IMG/VR virus record: IMGVR_UViG_2609459792_000007
Reading direction: 5' to 3' (one strand)
Source of the DNA: a virus
Lineage: Duplodnaviria; Heunggongvirae; Uroviricota; Caudoviricetes
Length of the DNA: 64,000 nt
Numbering within the stretch: position 1 is the stretch's first letter; the number at the start of each line of letters is the position of its first letter. This document shows, piece by piece, positions 17,098-28,600 of the stretch. A program made the translations under genes and the position numbers. The notes under the pieces are model-generated. The model searched no databases, was not told the origin of the DNA, and was given only the letters and a program-made list of their open reading frames with translations.

Positions 17098-18672
17098 ATG
17101 GAATTGAACGACAAACAAATTAAGGATCTGGTGGCGCGACGCCACCCGGAATACGAAAAGAAAAAAGAACATTGGGACTTCCTCGCCAGCACTTACGCTG
17201 GCGGGCGTGGTTGGTTTACAGACAATATCTTTCGTTACTTTAAAGAGGGAGATCAGGAGTTTAAGGAGCGAGTTGAACGTGCTTATCGCTTCAACCACAC
17301 TCGTGAGGTGGTAAACCTCATCAACAAATATCTCTTTAAAGAAGACATTCATAGAAATATCGAAGAGGCACCAGAGCAGATCCGCAATTTCTGGAAACGT
17401 GCGACTCGCCAGAATGCCTCTATTGACTCATTTATGGCCGCTATTGATTTGCAGTCGTCTATTTACGGTCGCATATGGGTTGTTGTCGATAGCACGATGA
17501 GTGGTGATGTTGAGTCAGTAGCTGACGAGAAAAAGAAAGATGCTCGCGCCTACGCCTACTGGATTTCACCTCAGCAAATGCTGGATGTGGCATGGGACGA
17601 CGACGGGAATATGTTGTGGGCGTTAATTGTGGAAGTCGCTCGTGATGACGCAGATCCTTTTACTTCTACAGGTCAGGAATACCAACGTTATCGTCTGTGG
17701 ACACAAAACGAGTGGTATCTGTTCCGTGAGGAAGTGAAGAAGGGCGCTGGTGGAGCAGGTCGCCGTCAGGCAAAAGTTATTTTAGAGGATAGCGGTGAGC
17801 ATAATCTCGGCGTAGTTCCTGTGTTTCCTGTTGATTGTATTGGAGAAAGTGAATCACCGTATTTCAGCCCATCGTTGATCGATGATATCGCTTATCTTGA
17901 TCGTGCGGTTGCAAACTATCTGTCAAACCTTGATGCCATTATTCAGGATCAGACATTTAGCCAGTTGGCTATACCGGTACAGTCGCTTTTACCTGGTGAT
18001 GAAAACCACACTAAAGTGCTTGAAATGGGCACAAAGCGAGTCTTCACCTACGATTCTGAAGGTGGAAACCAGCCGTTTTATCTGTCACCAGACCCGAAAC
18101 AAGCTCAGATGATCATCACTACGATTAAGACGGTGATTAACGAAATCTACCATTCAGTTGGTGTAGCTGGTGAGCGAACGAAGCAGGACAACGCACAGGG
18201 AATCGATAATTCATCTGGTGCCGCAAAAATGTATGACTTCCAGCGTGTAAATAGCTTGCTTGTCACAAAAGCAGAGCGTCTGGAAAGGGCTGAACGCCAA
18301 ATCATGCTACTGGTTGCGAAATGGATGGGGGTAGATCTGGACGAAGACCACTCTTTAATTGCATATCCAGAAAGTTTCGATATTCGTGGCCTTACTGATG
18401 AATTTTCTGTTGCCGAGAAACTGTCATTACTTCAGGCACCGGACTCTGTACGTCGTCACCAGATGGAAATGCTTATTGAGAAGATTTTCCCGAACATTAC
18501 TGAGGCGATGAAAAAGGAATTTGATAAAGATCTCTTGAATTTTCCTCCAAAAAATGATCTAAATACCCTTGAAAATAAGTCAGTACTTACTTATGATCGT
18601 GGTGCAGCCCAAGAAAGCGGGCAAGATCAACCCCGAGGGAATGGGGACTCATCTACTCAAGAGAACGAGTGA
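17098..18672 (+). CDS. portal protein
   Basis: 524-aa ORF between terminase and scaffold genes; RBS aaggttattcaaATG. Confidence 0.75.
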   Translation: MELNDKQIKDLVARRHPEYEKKKEHWDFLASTYAGGRGWFTDNIFRYFKEGDQEFKERVERAYRFNHTREVVNLINKYLFKEDIHRNIEEAPEQIRNFWKRATRQNASIDSFMAAIDLQSSIYGRIWVVVDSTMSGDVESVADEKKKDARAYAYWISPQQMLDVAWDDDGNMLWALIVEVARDDADPFTSTGQEYQRYRLWTQNEWYLFREEVKKGAGGAGRRQAKVILEDSGEHNLGVVPVFPVDCIGESESPYFSPSLIDDIAYLDRAVANYLSNLDAIIQDQTFSQLAIPVQSLLPGDENHTKVLEMGTKRVFTYDSEGGNQPFYLSPDPKQAQMIITTIKTVINEIYHSVGVAGERTKQDNAQGIDNSSGAAKMYDFQRVNSLLVTKAERLERAERQIMLLVAKWMGVDLDEDHSLIAYPESFDIRGLTDEFSVAEKLSLLQAPDSVRRHQMEMLIEKIFPNITEAMKKEFDKDLLNFPPKNDLNTLENKSVLTYDRGAAQESGQDQPRGNGDSSTQENE

Positions 18673-18693
18673 TAAGTAACAAAAGGAATTTTT

Positions 18694-19581
18694 ATGAATC
18701 TGTGGCAAATGCTTTTGGCCCGTCGTGGTCTGATGGATGTCGCTGAAGCGCATGAGCGTGGAGGCGCTGGCGGTGTAGCTGCTGATAATGAGCAGAGTAC
18801 ACAAGATCCTGACAAACAGGGTGAACAAAAAGAGCAGCCGAAGGGCGATGACGAATACGCTGGCATGACTCAGGAAGAGTTACTGGCCGAACTTCGTAAA
18901 ACCAAGAAAGCTGGTGCTGAACTGCTGAAGGAGAACATGAAGCGCAAAGAGAAAGAGCGCACATTGGCCGATCAGCTTGCTCAGTACGGTGATATCGATC
19001 CGGCTCGTGCTCGCCAGCTTTTAGAAGCTGAACAGGCCGCAGAAAACGCACGTCGTGAGGCGGAGCAAGCTGAACTGGAGCGTCGTGGTGAGTTCGATGC
19101 TGTTAAAAAACAGATGATCGAAGCACACCAGGCAGAGCTGGCACAGCGTGACGAACGTTATGCAGCACTGGAAAGTGAAAACGCATTACTGAAATCTCAA
19201 TTAGTCGAGATGACCGTGGGCGCTTCCTTCAGTAACTCTCTCTTCCTACGTGACAAAGTTCTGATGACCCCGGCAAAAGCCCGCGTGATCTACGGTTCTC
19301 ATTTTGAAGTGGGTGAAGACGGTAGCGTAGTGGGTTATGACAAACCGGCAGGTCACAAAGAACGAGCTGTTCTGGTTGACGGTGAAGGTAAGCCGTTGCC
19401 GTTTGAATCCGCGATTGAACGCATTGTGCGGGCAGATCCGGAAGCTGACGCATTGATGCGTAGCGAAGCCAAGCAGGGTGTAGGCTCACATTCCAAATCG
19501 ACCTACACAATATCCCAACCGAAGAACAAGTCGACTATGGATAAGTTGGCCTCCGGTCTGGGGAAAATTGGACTTAAGTAA
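18694..19581 (+). CDS. scaffolding protein
   Basis: Charged, coiled-coil-like 295-aa protein between portal and capsid genes. Confidence 0.6.
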   Translation: MNLWQMLLARRGLMDVAEAHERGGAGGVAADNEQSTQDPDKQGEQKEQPKGDDEYAGMTQEELLAELRKTKKAGAELLKENMKRKEKERTLADQLAQYGDIDPARARQLLEAEQAAENARREAEQAELERRGEFDAVKKQMIEAHQAELAQRDERYAALESENALLKSQLVEMTVGASFSNSLFLRDKVLMTPAKARVIYGSHFEVGEDGSVVGYDKPAGHKERAVLVDGEGKPLPFESAIERIVRADPEADALMRSEAKQGVGSHSKSTYTISQPKNKSTMDKLASGLGKIGLK

Positions 19582-19606
19582 CATCTAAATCAAAGGGAAT
19601 TGATAG

Positions 19607-20482
19607 ATGCCATTACTGCGTGAAGAAGCTGAAAAGCTGTCTAACAACGAACTTGAACAGGGTGTGATCGAAACTATCATCGATCGCGATGACCTGTTTG
19701 CCATCCTGCCTTTTATGAAAATTAATTCAAAGGCATATCTGTACAACCGTGAAAAAACGCTGAGTGAAGCTACCTTCATCGACGTTAACGACACCATCCC
19801 TGAAGGTGCAGCAACCTTCGAAGAATGCGTTGCGAAACTGCGTATTCTGGCTGGTGACGTAGACGTTGATAAATTCCTGGCGACCACTATGGCCGACACC
19901 AACAACCAGTTGGCTATTCAGGTTCGTCAGAAAGTTAAAGGTCTGGCTCGTGCGTTCCGTCGCAACCTGATTTTGGGTGACTCCAGCTCCAACAACAAGG
20001 CGTTTGACGGCATTCCACGCCTGATGCACGCAGATCAGAAGATCGATATCGCCGGTGCATCTATGACTTTCTCTATGTTCGACGAACTGGTCGATGCGGT
20101 GAAAGATCTTGGTGCTGACTGCATCATGATGCGTTCAGAGCACCTGCGTGCTTACCGTGCGCTGCTGCGTACAGTAAACGTAGGTCCGTCTGAAATCATG
20201 ATGGAGAACTTCGGTCGTCCGATGCTGTGTCATAACGGCGTTCCGTTCATCATCAACGACTTCATCCCGACCGATTCTGGCAAAGCAAGCATCTACTGCC
20301 TGCATCTGTCAGAAGAGAACGGCGTTACTGGTCTGTATGGCGGCGACAACGCAGGTATCGTTGTTGAAAACATTGGTACTGTACAGAACAAAGACGCAGT
20401 ACGTACCCGTGTGAAGTGGTACTGCTCTCTGGCGAATAAGCACGATAAGGCTATCGCTGCACTGACCAATGTAAAAATTTAA
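19607..20482 (+). CDS. major capsid protein
   Basis: Position after scaffold; RBS aaagggaattgatagATG; size consistent with a capsid subunit. Confidence 0.7.
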   Translation: MPLLREEAEKLSNNELEQGVIETIIDRDDLFAILPFMKINSKAYLYNREKTLSEATFIDVNDTIPEGAATFEECVAKLRILAGDVDVDKFLATTMADTNNQLAIQVRQKVKGLARAFRRNLILGDSSSNNKAFDGIPRLMHADQKIDIAGASMTFSMFDELVDAVKDLGADCIMMRSEHLRAYRALLRTVNVGPSEIMMENFGRPMLCHNGVPFIINDFIPTDSGKASIYCLHLSEENGVTGLYGGDNAGIVVENIGTVQNKDAVRTRVKWYCSLANKHDKAIAALTNVKI

Positions 20483-20493
20483 TCAGTGAAGTA

Positions 20494-20507
20494 GATAAGT
20501 AATTATC
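20494..20507. promoter_or_regulatory. family B motif GATAAGTAATTATC
   Basis: Same word as at 17067; sits between capsid stop and hairpin. Confidence 0.45.
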
Positions 20508-20515
20508 TATGTTAA

Positions 20516-20541
20516 AGGGTGGGCTATACGCCCACCCTTTT
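20516..20541 (+). terminator. rho-independent terminator after capsid gene
   Basis: gggtgggc-tatac-gcccaccc followed by ttttt. Confidence 0.8.
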
Positions 20542-20555
20542 TGTAGGAGCGAGAA

Positions 20556-21476
20556 ATGCCAGAACAAAAGATGAAGATTACGGAAGAGGCATTTTCGGAT
20601 TTTACGGGGCATATGTGCCGTGCCGGATTTACCAATTCTATCTCCGATGAACCTTTAACCGAGCGACAACAAAGTCAGCTATCTGCTTGTTTGCAGGCGG
20701 TTCCCTTCTCCCGATCCGTAAACATAACCCCGGCTTCACCGTCAGTTTTGGTTGGGAAAACTGTTCAACTTAGTGCAGGTATTACTATGGGTAAGAGTGC
20801 CAGTTCATTCACCTGGAAGTCAGCCAATGATCAAATTGCAACCGTCAACGGCACTGGATTAGTAACTGGCGTAGCACCAGGCAAAGTGAAAATTACCGCA
20901 ACTGATCAGGAAACCCAGCTTTCCGCGTCAGTGGAAGTCACCGTAAATCCGGTAGCCGTTCAATCCGTAACGGTAACGCCAGACTCAACCTCTGTTGAGA
21001 AAGGGAAATCAGTCAGTCTGAAAGCGAATGTTCAGCCGTCAAATGCGACGAATAAGGCAGTTACTTGGTCTTCCAAAAATGAAGACAAGGCAACGGTAGA
21101 CCAGAGCGGGAACGTTACTGGTGTAGAAGTTGGCACTGCGACGATTGAGATCGTTTCCCAAGATGGCAGCAAAAAGGGAACTGCAACGGTGGAAGTAACT
21201 GCGCCTGTTGTGGCTGTTACCGGCGTCGAAATCGACCCAAATAGCACAACCGTTGAGGCAAACAAAACTGTTCAGCTGACCGCAAATGTCGAGCCGGCAG
21301 GAGCAACAAATAAAACCGTTACTTGGGAATCCAAAAATACCGAGTTTGCAACGGTGGATAGCGAAACCGGTGTTGTAACTGGCGTTGCGGCTGGTACTGC
21401 CACAATCGAGGTTACTACCCAAGATGGTAGCCACAAAGCGACAGCGACCGTAGAAGTCACTGCTGCACAGGAATAA
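20556..21476 (+). CDS. Ig-like (BIG2-type) domain protein, likely capsid decoration
   Basis: Three repeated Ig-like segments (VTVTPDSTSVEKGKSVSL..., VEIDPNSTTVEANKTVQL...); follows capsid gene. Confidence 0.65.
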   Translation: MPEQKMKITEEAFSDFTGHMCRAGFTNSISDEPLTERQQSQLSACLQAVPFSRSVNITPASPSVLVGKTVQLSAGITMGKSASSFTWKSANDQIATVNGTGLVTGVAPGKVKITATDQETQLSASVEVTVNPVAVQSVTVTPDSTSVEKGKSVSLKANVQPSNATNKAVTWSSKNEDKATVDQSGNVTGVEVGTATIEIVSQDGSKKGTATVEVTAPVVAVTGVEIDPNSTTVEANKTVQLTANVEPAGATNKTVTWESKNTEFATVDSETGVVTGVAAGTATIEVTTQDGSHKATATVEVTAAQE

Positions 21477-21520
21477 TCAATATTGGGCGGCGAAAGCCGC
21501 CCATGTAGAGAGAATGCGTT

Positions 21521-21955
21521 ATGAAACCAGCAAAAATTGTTTTATTAGAACCGCAATTTTCCGGTTATTCGGGAATGTTGTGCGGCGTTCAGTTCGAGAA
21601 CGGGGTGTCCGTAGCGGAGTTGCCTTTTATCGATCAGCAAAGGATTTGTGCCTCAATGCGAGCATCAACAGTCGAGGGCAAAAATGTTTCTCCGTCTGCC
21701 GCATACAGTGATCGTGGCGAGTTGACCGCAGACCTGATTACCGAGCCAGCAGCACCTGACATTGTGCCAATGAAACGTGGGACACCAGATGAACCGGCCA
21801 AACAGATCCAGACTTTCACACGAGAAGAGTTGGAGTCAATTGCAGACAATGAAGGCATTGCCGGTCTACGTGTGATTGGTAATCAGGTTGGTGTCAAAGC
21901 GAAAGGAATTGTCGAGATGATTGAAGGCATCCTGAAAGCACAAGGCGGTGAGTAA
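21521..21955 (+). CDS. hypothetical head/neck protein
   Basis: ORF in morphogenesis block; preceded by hairpin gggcggc-gaaa-gccgccc at 21486-21503. Confidence 0.5.
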   Translation: MKPAKIVLLEPQFSGYSGMLCGVQFENGVSVAELPFIDQQRICASMRASTVEGKNVSPSAAYSDRGELTADLITEPAAPDIVPMKRGTPDEPAKQIQTFTREELESIADNEGIAGLRVIGNQVGVKAKGIVEMIEGILKAQGGE

Positions 21956-22788
21956 TGGCGCAGATCGACTCGTATCGTAGCGGTGAAGCTGTTTCCCTTT
22001 CATTTGCCTTCAACGTGCTGGATATCGAATCTGCTACCTACACAGTAAAGGACAGCACCGGGGCTATTCTCGTTGATGGCGAGCCGCTAGAAATTACCAG
22101 CGGTCAAATGTCGATTCCGGTTGTCGTGTCGGCTGAATATAACCAGCTCTCTGAGAAAGAACGCGATCTGCGGTACGTCATTGTGAAGGCTGTTGCATCG
22201 GGTCTGACGCATGAAGAGCGGCAAATGTATGTTCTGCTGAATAGTTTTGAACTGTCGATACCAGAACAGTCGTTTGCAACTGTCGCTGATGCTCAAATGC
22301 AGGCGATCGATATGCTGAATGGGGACACTTTGCTGTCGGATGGTGAAGGCTTAATGCGCAAGCGTCTCATTGAGGCTACCAGACGAATTAAAACTTTACC
22401 GTTCTCAATCCGCAAAATTCTACGTATCGACTTTGACCGATACGATCGCCCTCAAAATATGCTGAATGTGTATGACATTCCGTGGGGAGCAGATGGAGCG
22501 TACCGGCATGATTTAGTCGATTGGGAAAAGATGACGCAGGAGAAGTTTGAAGAGTTCCCTGACTACTTCAAAGAAGCGTTGATGCTTGCCGTTGTCAACG
22601 AAGCGTGTGAGATCGCAAATGGCAATGATGTTGCCGCAGCACGAGAGGATGGCATTTTGTCAGAGTCAATCGGTGAAACAACCAACATGTACCGTACCGG
22701 TAAAGCTGCAAACGTTCATGTGGCTCGCAGTACCTGGCGCTTGCTGGTCAGTTACATCAACAACCGTATGATTGTTCGCCGTGCGTAA
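21955..22788 (+). CDS. hypothetical head-tail joining protein
   Basis: ORF translationally coupled to upstream gene. Confidence 0.5.
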   Translation: MAQIDSYRSGEAVSLSFAFNVLDIESATYTVKDSTGAILVDGEPLEITSGQMSIPVVVSAEYNQLSEKERDLRYVIVKAVASGLTHEERQMYVLLNSFELSIPEQSFATVADAQMQAIDMLNGDTLLSDGEGLMRKRLIEATRRIKTLPFSIRKILRIDFDRYDRPQNMLNVYDIPWGADGAYRHDLVDWEKMTQEKFEEFPDYFKEALMLAVVNEACEIANGNDVAAAREDGILSESIGETTNMYRTGKAANVHVARSTWRLLVSYINNRMIVRRA

Positions 22789-22867
22789 CGCCAGTCGCAT
22801 TATTTACTTTTGGTCGAAAGGGTTTTTGGCCAGTAATGAGAGCGACCGACAACAACAGAGAGAGAGC

Positions 22868-23212
22868 ATGAATATTTCGTGGCAAACAGAAATTGCGATC
22901 TACCGCTTTGGCGCAAAGAACGTTTACGGCGAGGCGCAATTACAATTCGTCAGGAAGACGAATGTCGGCGTGGTTAAGTTCGAACAGAGTAATGAGAAAT
23001 CGTCAGTTCGTGCTGATAGCTCTGGTAGTCGTGGTAAGGCGAGTCTGGAGCTGTTTGATGCTGTGTTAGTTGTCCCTTTAGAAGCGGCTGTACAACTTGA
23101 TGATGTGCTGATCCTTGAAGGTCAAAAATTAAAGGTGTCCAGTGTTCATCGCCGCTGGGGGCTACGAGGAAGACCTGGGCATCTTGAAGTAGGGGCGAAT
23201 ATATGGGTCTGA
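22868..23212 (+). CDS. hypothetical head-tail protein
   Basis: ATG 22868 after RBS gagagagag; track start 22772 overlaps upstream gene. Confidence 0.45.
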   Translation: MNISWQTEIAIYRFGAKNVYGEAQLQFVRKTNVGVVKFEQSNEKSSVRADSSGSRGKASLELFDAVLVVPLEAAVQLDDVLILEGQKLKVSSVHRRWGLRGRPGHLEVGANIWV

Positions 23213-23676
23213 AATACGATGCGCATCAGTTCAAACGTGCGGGGAATCGACTCAACAACAGCCAGAAAGCATTTAAGCGATATCTTATCCGGGACATGGA
23301 AAAGCTGGCGCGTTTGGTTGAGCGTCTCAGCCGTGCAATGGCCCCGCTGGAAACCGGATCTCTGGAGACAGCCATCTTTGCCAGGGTGATTAAAGAAGGT
23401 TATTCAGGGCTGCGTATTGAGCTTTCTGTGTCTGGAGCAAAACCACGTCAGGGGCATCCGGGCGTAGAAGTAGGTGACTATGCTAAGTACATGGAGCTGG
23501 GTAAATACCGACTCGGTTATCTTTCTCGAATGAAGAACGTGACAAACCCACCAATTGCCGGTGTTAAACCCCGTGTTGGGCCACACTTTCTGGAAAGAGC
23601 GGTGGAAATTAGCGAGAAGCAGTTCTCAGAAGCGATTCTTGAGGCTGCCAGAAAAGCCGGATTTACGAGAGGTTAA
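23203..23676 (+). CDS. hypothetical head-tail protein
   Basis: ORF overlapping upstream stop. Confidence 0.5.
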   Translation: MGLKYDAHQFKRAGNRLNNSQKAFKRYLIRDMEKLARLVERLSRAMAPLETGSLETAIFARVIKEGYSGLRIELSVSGAKPRQGHPGVEVGDYAKYMELGKYRLGYLSRMKNVTNPPIAGVKPRVGPHFLERAVEISEKQFSEAILEAARKAGFTRG

Positions 23677-23677
23677 T

Positions 23678-24061
23678 GTGTTTATTGAAGCGTTTGCAAG
23701 TTTGATGCAGAAGGCAAAGATTGGCACGGTCGGGACTGACATTTTCTGTCACTACTTGCCTGCCAATGTGAAATCTGGCGTCCTGCTTATTAACCCAAAT
23801 ACCGGCATCAGCATCGATCATGAGCTACAGGGCTTTTATCACGAATCATTCACAATCATTGTGCGTGGTTCGTCAATTACTACGACGGTTGAGAAAGCCC
23901 ATAAAATCATTGAGATGTTTCCAGTAGAGGAAACGGAATCTGGTGGTGTTTATTTTCGACTTGTACGACCGATGGCGATGCCAATCATTTATCCCAAAAA
24001 TGATGGGGCATTAATAGAAGCAGGCATTCCTGTTGAATTTGCTGGCTATTTATTGAATTAA
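23678..24061 (+). CDS. hypothetical tail completion protein
   Basis: GTG 23678 two nt after upstream stop, RBS gagagg. Confidence 0.5.
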   Translation: MFIEAFASLMQKAKIGTVGTDIFCHYLPANVKSGVLLINPNTGISIDHELQGFYHESFTIIVRGSSITTTVEKAHKIIEMFPVEETESGGVYFRLVRPMAMPIIYPKNDGALIEAGIPVEFAGYLLN

Positions 24062-24066
24062 CTCAA

Positions 24067-24086
24067 TTAGTAAGTATATACTTACT
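24067..24086. promoter_or_regulatory. family B perfect palindrome TAGTAAGTATATACTTACTA
   Basis: 20-bp perfect dyad just upstream of major tail gene. Confidence 0.5.
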
Positions 24087-24134
24087 ATTAGCGCAATGAA
24101 TGCGTAGAATTAACGGAAAAAGGAGTTTTCCATC

Positions 24135-24882
24135 AATGTCTAATACCCATGTAAAAAACATCAAACTTGGTGCCTGTAAGGTATCGTTTGGTGGTGTGGA
24201 TTTGGGTTACACCAAAGGTGGTGTTCAGGTTGAAGTAGCCACTGAAACGCTGAAAGTCACCGTCGATCAGTTGGGGCAGACCGTAATTTCCGAATTAGTT
24301 CAGGGGCGCAACATTACCATCACCGCGCCTCTGGCTGAGTCTGTACTCCAAAACATGGTTGACCTGATGCCTGGTTCTACTCTGAGCGAAGATGACAACT
24401 CTGTCACGATCACATCTGCACAGGGCGTTAACCTGATTGATGTGGCGAAGGAGCTGGTTCTGACTCCGCAGGACACCACCGACTATGTGTTGACCATCCC
24501 GAAAGCGGCAACCGCGGGCAACTTCACTATGACCTACCAGTCTGATGATGTTCGTGTGTTCTCTGTTCAGTTCAGCGCATACCCGGATGATGAAGGCGTT
24601 CTGGGCAAAATGAGCGGTCCTAAACCGGTAAAAACTGTGTCGATCTCACCGGAATCTCCAACCGTAAAAGCTGGAGAAACTGTGCAACTGACAGCCGAAA
24701 TCACTCCAGCTGATGCCGCAGACAAAACCGGTGTTTGGGAATCCGAAGACCAGGAAAAGGCCACGGTAGATCAAACGGGTCTGGTACGTGGTGTGGCGCA
24801 GGGTTCTACAAATATCTCCTTCACCAGCAATAGCGGTGGTAAGAAGGCAACTAAGTCAGTAACGATTAACCCCGCAGATTAA
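24135..24882 (+). CDS. major tail protein with C-terminal Ig-like domain
   Basis: ATG 24135 with RBS aaaaaggag; C-terminal BIG2-like segment VSISPESPTVKAGETVQL...; followed by terminator. Confidence 0.7.
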
Positions 24883-24895
24883 TCAGTAATTAAGC

Positions 24896-24923
24896 AGAGG
24901 CTCAGGATGGGCCTCTCTTTTAA
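24896..24923 (+). terminator. rho-independent terminator after major tail gene
   Basis: agaggctc-aggatg-ggcctct followed by cttttaaaa. Confidence 0.7.
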
Positions 24924-24937
24924 AAGGATTTTAACCA

Positions 24938-25255
24938 ATGACCAAATTACTCGATCTCGATTCCATTCTGCCTCCGAAGAAAAGCATCAAATTTGGCGGT
25001 CAGGAATATCCCATCGTTGAAATGACGGTAGGTCTGTTCGTTTCCATCAAGCAGATGGAAGGCAAAGATCTCATGAACATGTCTCCTGTTGAGCAAGTGA
25101 CAGCTTATGCAGATCTGGTTCGTAAGGTTATCCCTTCAGTACCTGACGAAGTTCTTGAAAAACTGACTGTTCCGCAACTCCAGCAGATCTTCACCTTCGC
25201 TATGGAAGTGATTGATGAAGAAAACGAAAAAGCGGCTGGCGAAGGGGCAAAGTAA
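24938..25255 (+). CDS. tail assembly chaperone (G-like)
   Basis: Small acidic ORF immediately before tape measure gene. Confidence 0.6.
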   Translation: MTKLLDLDSILPPKKSIKFGGQEYPIVEMTVGLFVSIKQMEGKDLMNMSPVEQVTAYADLVRKVIPSVPDEVLEKLTVPQLQQIFTFAMEVIDEENEKAAGEGAK

Positions 25256-25605
25256 TTTCCCGCGATGAATCCGGGACAAGGACCGTCTCAATAGATCTCG
25301 GATTCTATTTCAGTCGTGTAGTTGCTCACTACGCCGTGTCGCCATTAGAGCTACTGAACGTTCCTCTCACGATGTTCTGGATGCTCAGTCGCAATATAGA
25401 CCGTCTGCGTGCGGAAGAGGATGTCCGCAACTTACAAGTCGCTCGTGCGTCCCAGGCGGATGGCGAGGCTGTGAAGGCGTTCATGGAGGGTTTGCAACTC
25501 AGGATTGGAAGACCAGTCGTAACAGATAAAGTCTACGATCCAAGCCAGGATAAGGCAGACCCTGACGCCAAAGAGCAACTGATGCAAATATTTGGCAGAG
25601 GATGA
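24938..25605 (+). other. putative G-T fusion via programmed -1 frameshift
   Basis: -1 frame is open from 25219 to 25605 overlapping the end of G; A-rich stretch gaa-aaa-gcg at 25226-25234 could allow slippage. Confidence 0.4.
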
Positions 25606-25612
25606 CAAGGGA

Positions 25613-28600
25613 ATGTCACAAAACGTAGAGTTTATCCTGTCGCTGGAAGACAAACAGTTTACAGCGTCAATCGATCGTGCGGGGAAACTGCTTACTCGAT
25701 TTGGTGAGCAGGTAACAAAGCCTGCTCAAAAAATCCAAACCTTTGAACGCTCTTTGGGTTCGGTCGCCCGTATCATTGGCGTTCTGGAAAGCAAGCTCGA
25801 TTCTACGGCAGATAAACTACAGGATGTAGCTGCCGGTTTTGAGCTTGCTTCAGATGCTACGCGTAAAATGCGTGGCAACATCACCAGCCTCAATTCTGGT
25901 CTTAAAGCCCTGATTGAGCGCGTCGATACGACAACTTCTTCAGTAGATAAACTCACCGCGTCATTACGTAAAGTGCAATCAGAGCTAAATGATTTCTCTG
26001 ATTGGGCGACCTATGCAAGCAAAAGCGCAAGCCGCTTTGGTACGGAGGCCAAAGAAGCCTCTGCGTCCGTGAGTGGCATGAATACGCGCCTTAATACCAC
26101 GACGAAGCGACTCAGTAATTGGGGTGTCACAACGAGTCAGGCTGCCGAGGGACTGAAAAAGGTTCGTGAGCAGATGGACGAAGTTATCGGACGTCAGCAA
26201 CTGATTAGCAAGCCGGTACGCGTTCGTACATCTGGAAGTGGCGATGGTGGTAGCGGGCGGCGTAGCGGCGCTTCTGGCCATAGCGGTAAAAGTAACGAAG
26301 GAGGTATGTTCTCTGGCCTTCGTGGCAACATTTTCCTGCTTGGCGAGATCGGAGATGCAGCCAGAACGGTTACTGACATCATGTTTGGGTGGCAGAAGCC
26401 TATTGTTGAAGCTGCGGCCGAAATGGAACGTATGCGGGTGATGCTTCGAGGGTTGAATAAGGAGAAGTCCAACCCGGGCCAGGCTGCCGCTGATGATATG
26501 AAGTACATCGTAGACATGGCGCAAAATGCGCCGTTCGCGATGCAGGCGTTAACAGATTCCTTCGTGAAGTTTCGTTCTGCTGGCTTAGATCCAACCGATG
26601 GTTCTCTGAAGGCGCTGGTGGACTCCGTTGCTCGTTTTGGTGGTGATAGTGAGCTGTTGAAACGTGCGGCTGTGGCCGTTCAGCAGATGTCCGGTAAGGG
26701 CGTTGTGTCAATGGAAGAGCTACGTCAGCAATTAGGTGAAGCCGTTCCTAACGCGATGCAGGCAATGGCAGACGCCGCAGGCATCACTATGGGGGAACTG
26801 ACTAAAGCCGTTGCCAGCGGTACGGTTGAGGCAAAACAGGCGTTGTCTCTGATGTTTGTTGGTCTGCGTGCGGAGAATGAGAACGCAGCGAAAGACATGA
26901 TGCAAACCTACACAGGTGCGCTGGCGCAACTTCAGACGTCATTCACGTTATTTGCTGATCGGGTTGGTCAGGCCGGATATCTGGATTCTCTATCGAAGGG
27001 GATGAAAGAACTGGCTTCAATCATGAATAGCGCCGAAGGGATTTCGTTTGCCAATTCTTTAGGCTCGGGGTTAACGACGGCAATCGATGGGTTGCGTCAG
27101 CTTGCTCAATGGTTAGCAAAGAACCAAGAGCTGGTAATTAATCTCGGTAAGGTCGTGGCCGCGATGGTTGCGTTCAAACTGATGCGAGCAGGGATCATGG
27201 GGGTAGTTGGCGCAGGCAGCCAGATGGTTAGCACCTTTGCCACGATGGCGACCGCCATACAGACTCCATTTAACCTCGGCGCTACAGCAGTAACCCGATT
27301 CAATCGTGCGGCACGTATGGGGCTGGCTCCGATCCCCTCTCTTATTTTCGCCATCCGTGGGGCGATTACGGGGCTTAAAGGCGCTTTTGCTGGATTAACG
27401 GCGTTCATTGCAGCAAACCCTATAGGGGCAGCATTTACAGTTGCCACTGTAGCTGTTGCTGGCCTAATCACGTACATGACCATGCTCCGCAGCGAAACTT
27501 CAAAGGTCGTTGACGAGATTAGGAAAATACCAGAGGCGATGACGGCGGCCAAACGTGCACAAATGGCCGACCGCGCAGAAAAGCTCGAAAAGCAGATTCT
27601 TGCTGATCAACGAGCATTAAAAACTGGTGAGGGTGTTAATTACGTATCTAACTCTGCCGGTGTTATTACTCACAAAGAGTCGAAGGCTGACATCGAAGCA
27701 CGCCTGAAAAAAAATCAGGAAGAGTATCAAAAGATAACCGGCACGATAGCTCTTGGTGACGGCGCTGTAGCAAAGCGTTTGGCTAAAGAGGCTGCCGAAT
27801 CTCAGATTGAGAAAATTCGAGCGGAAAACCAGATTTTCGCGGCAACATTCGTGAAAGCCCGGCAGGAGGCTCTGGATAAGATCCAGAAAATCAATGATGA
27901 CGGTTCACTTTCAGATGACGAAAAGAACAAGCTATTGGCACCGTTACGTGAAACGGTAAACAAAAGCTATCTGGAGCCTGCGCAAAAACTGGTTGATTCA
28001 CTTTCTTCTCGTAAGAATGCGACCGAGAAGCAAATTGCGACTCTTAATGATCAGCTTGAAAAAGCCAAAAAGGATGGAAATACCGAGCAGATCCAGAAAC
28101 TGCAAGGCAGTATTCGTGGTTATCAGGAGCATTTGGAAGCCGTTGCTCAGGAGCTGACTCAGGCAGAGTTCGAGAGAGATAACGCGGCCAAAACTGGTAA
28201 GGGCGTAATGTCAAACCAGGGGACTGTTCTTGGGTTAGGTACAACTGATAAAGCTGCTCAGAAGGCGTTGGCGCAATATATGCGAAACCAGATGGATTCT
28301 GCGACTTATCAGCGTACTTTGCCTGACGGCACTCCGATGATGGACTTCGAAGGTAAGCCGATTATTGGGCCTAAACAACTCAAGACGCAGCTTAATTTGC
28401 AGAAAGCATCCAGTGCCAGCTCTCTGGAGAAAATGAGCGATGAAGAGCGTGCCGCAGCCATTGCCGCACTTACTAAAGCTCGTGAACAGGATGCAGCAGC
28501 TGCCGAGAAAGCAGCCCAACGATCAGCTAACGCCTCGCAGCGTGCGGCCAAGAAGGAACAGGCAGCGCAACAGAAACTGGCAGCCGGATACCAGAAGGCT

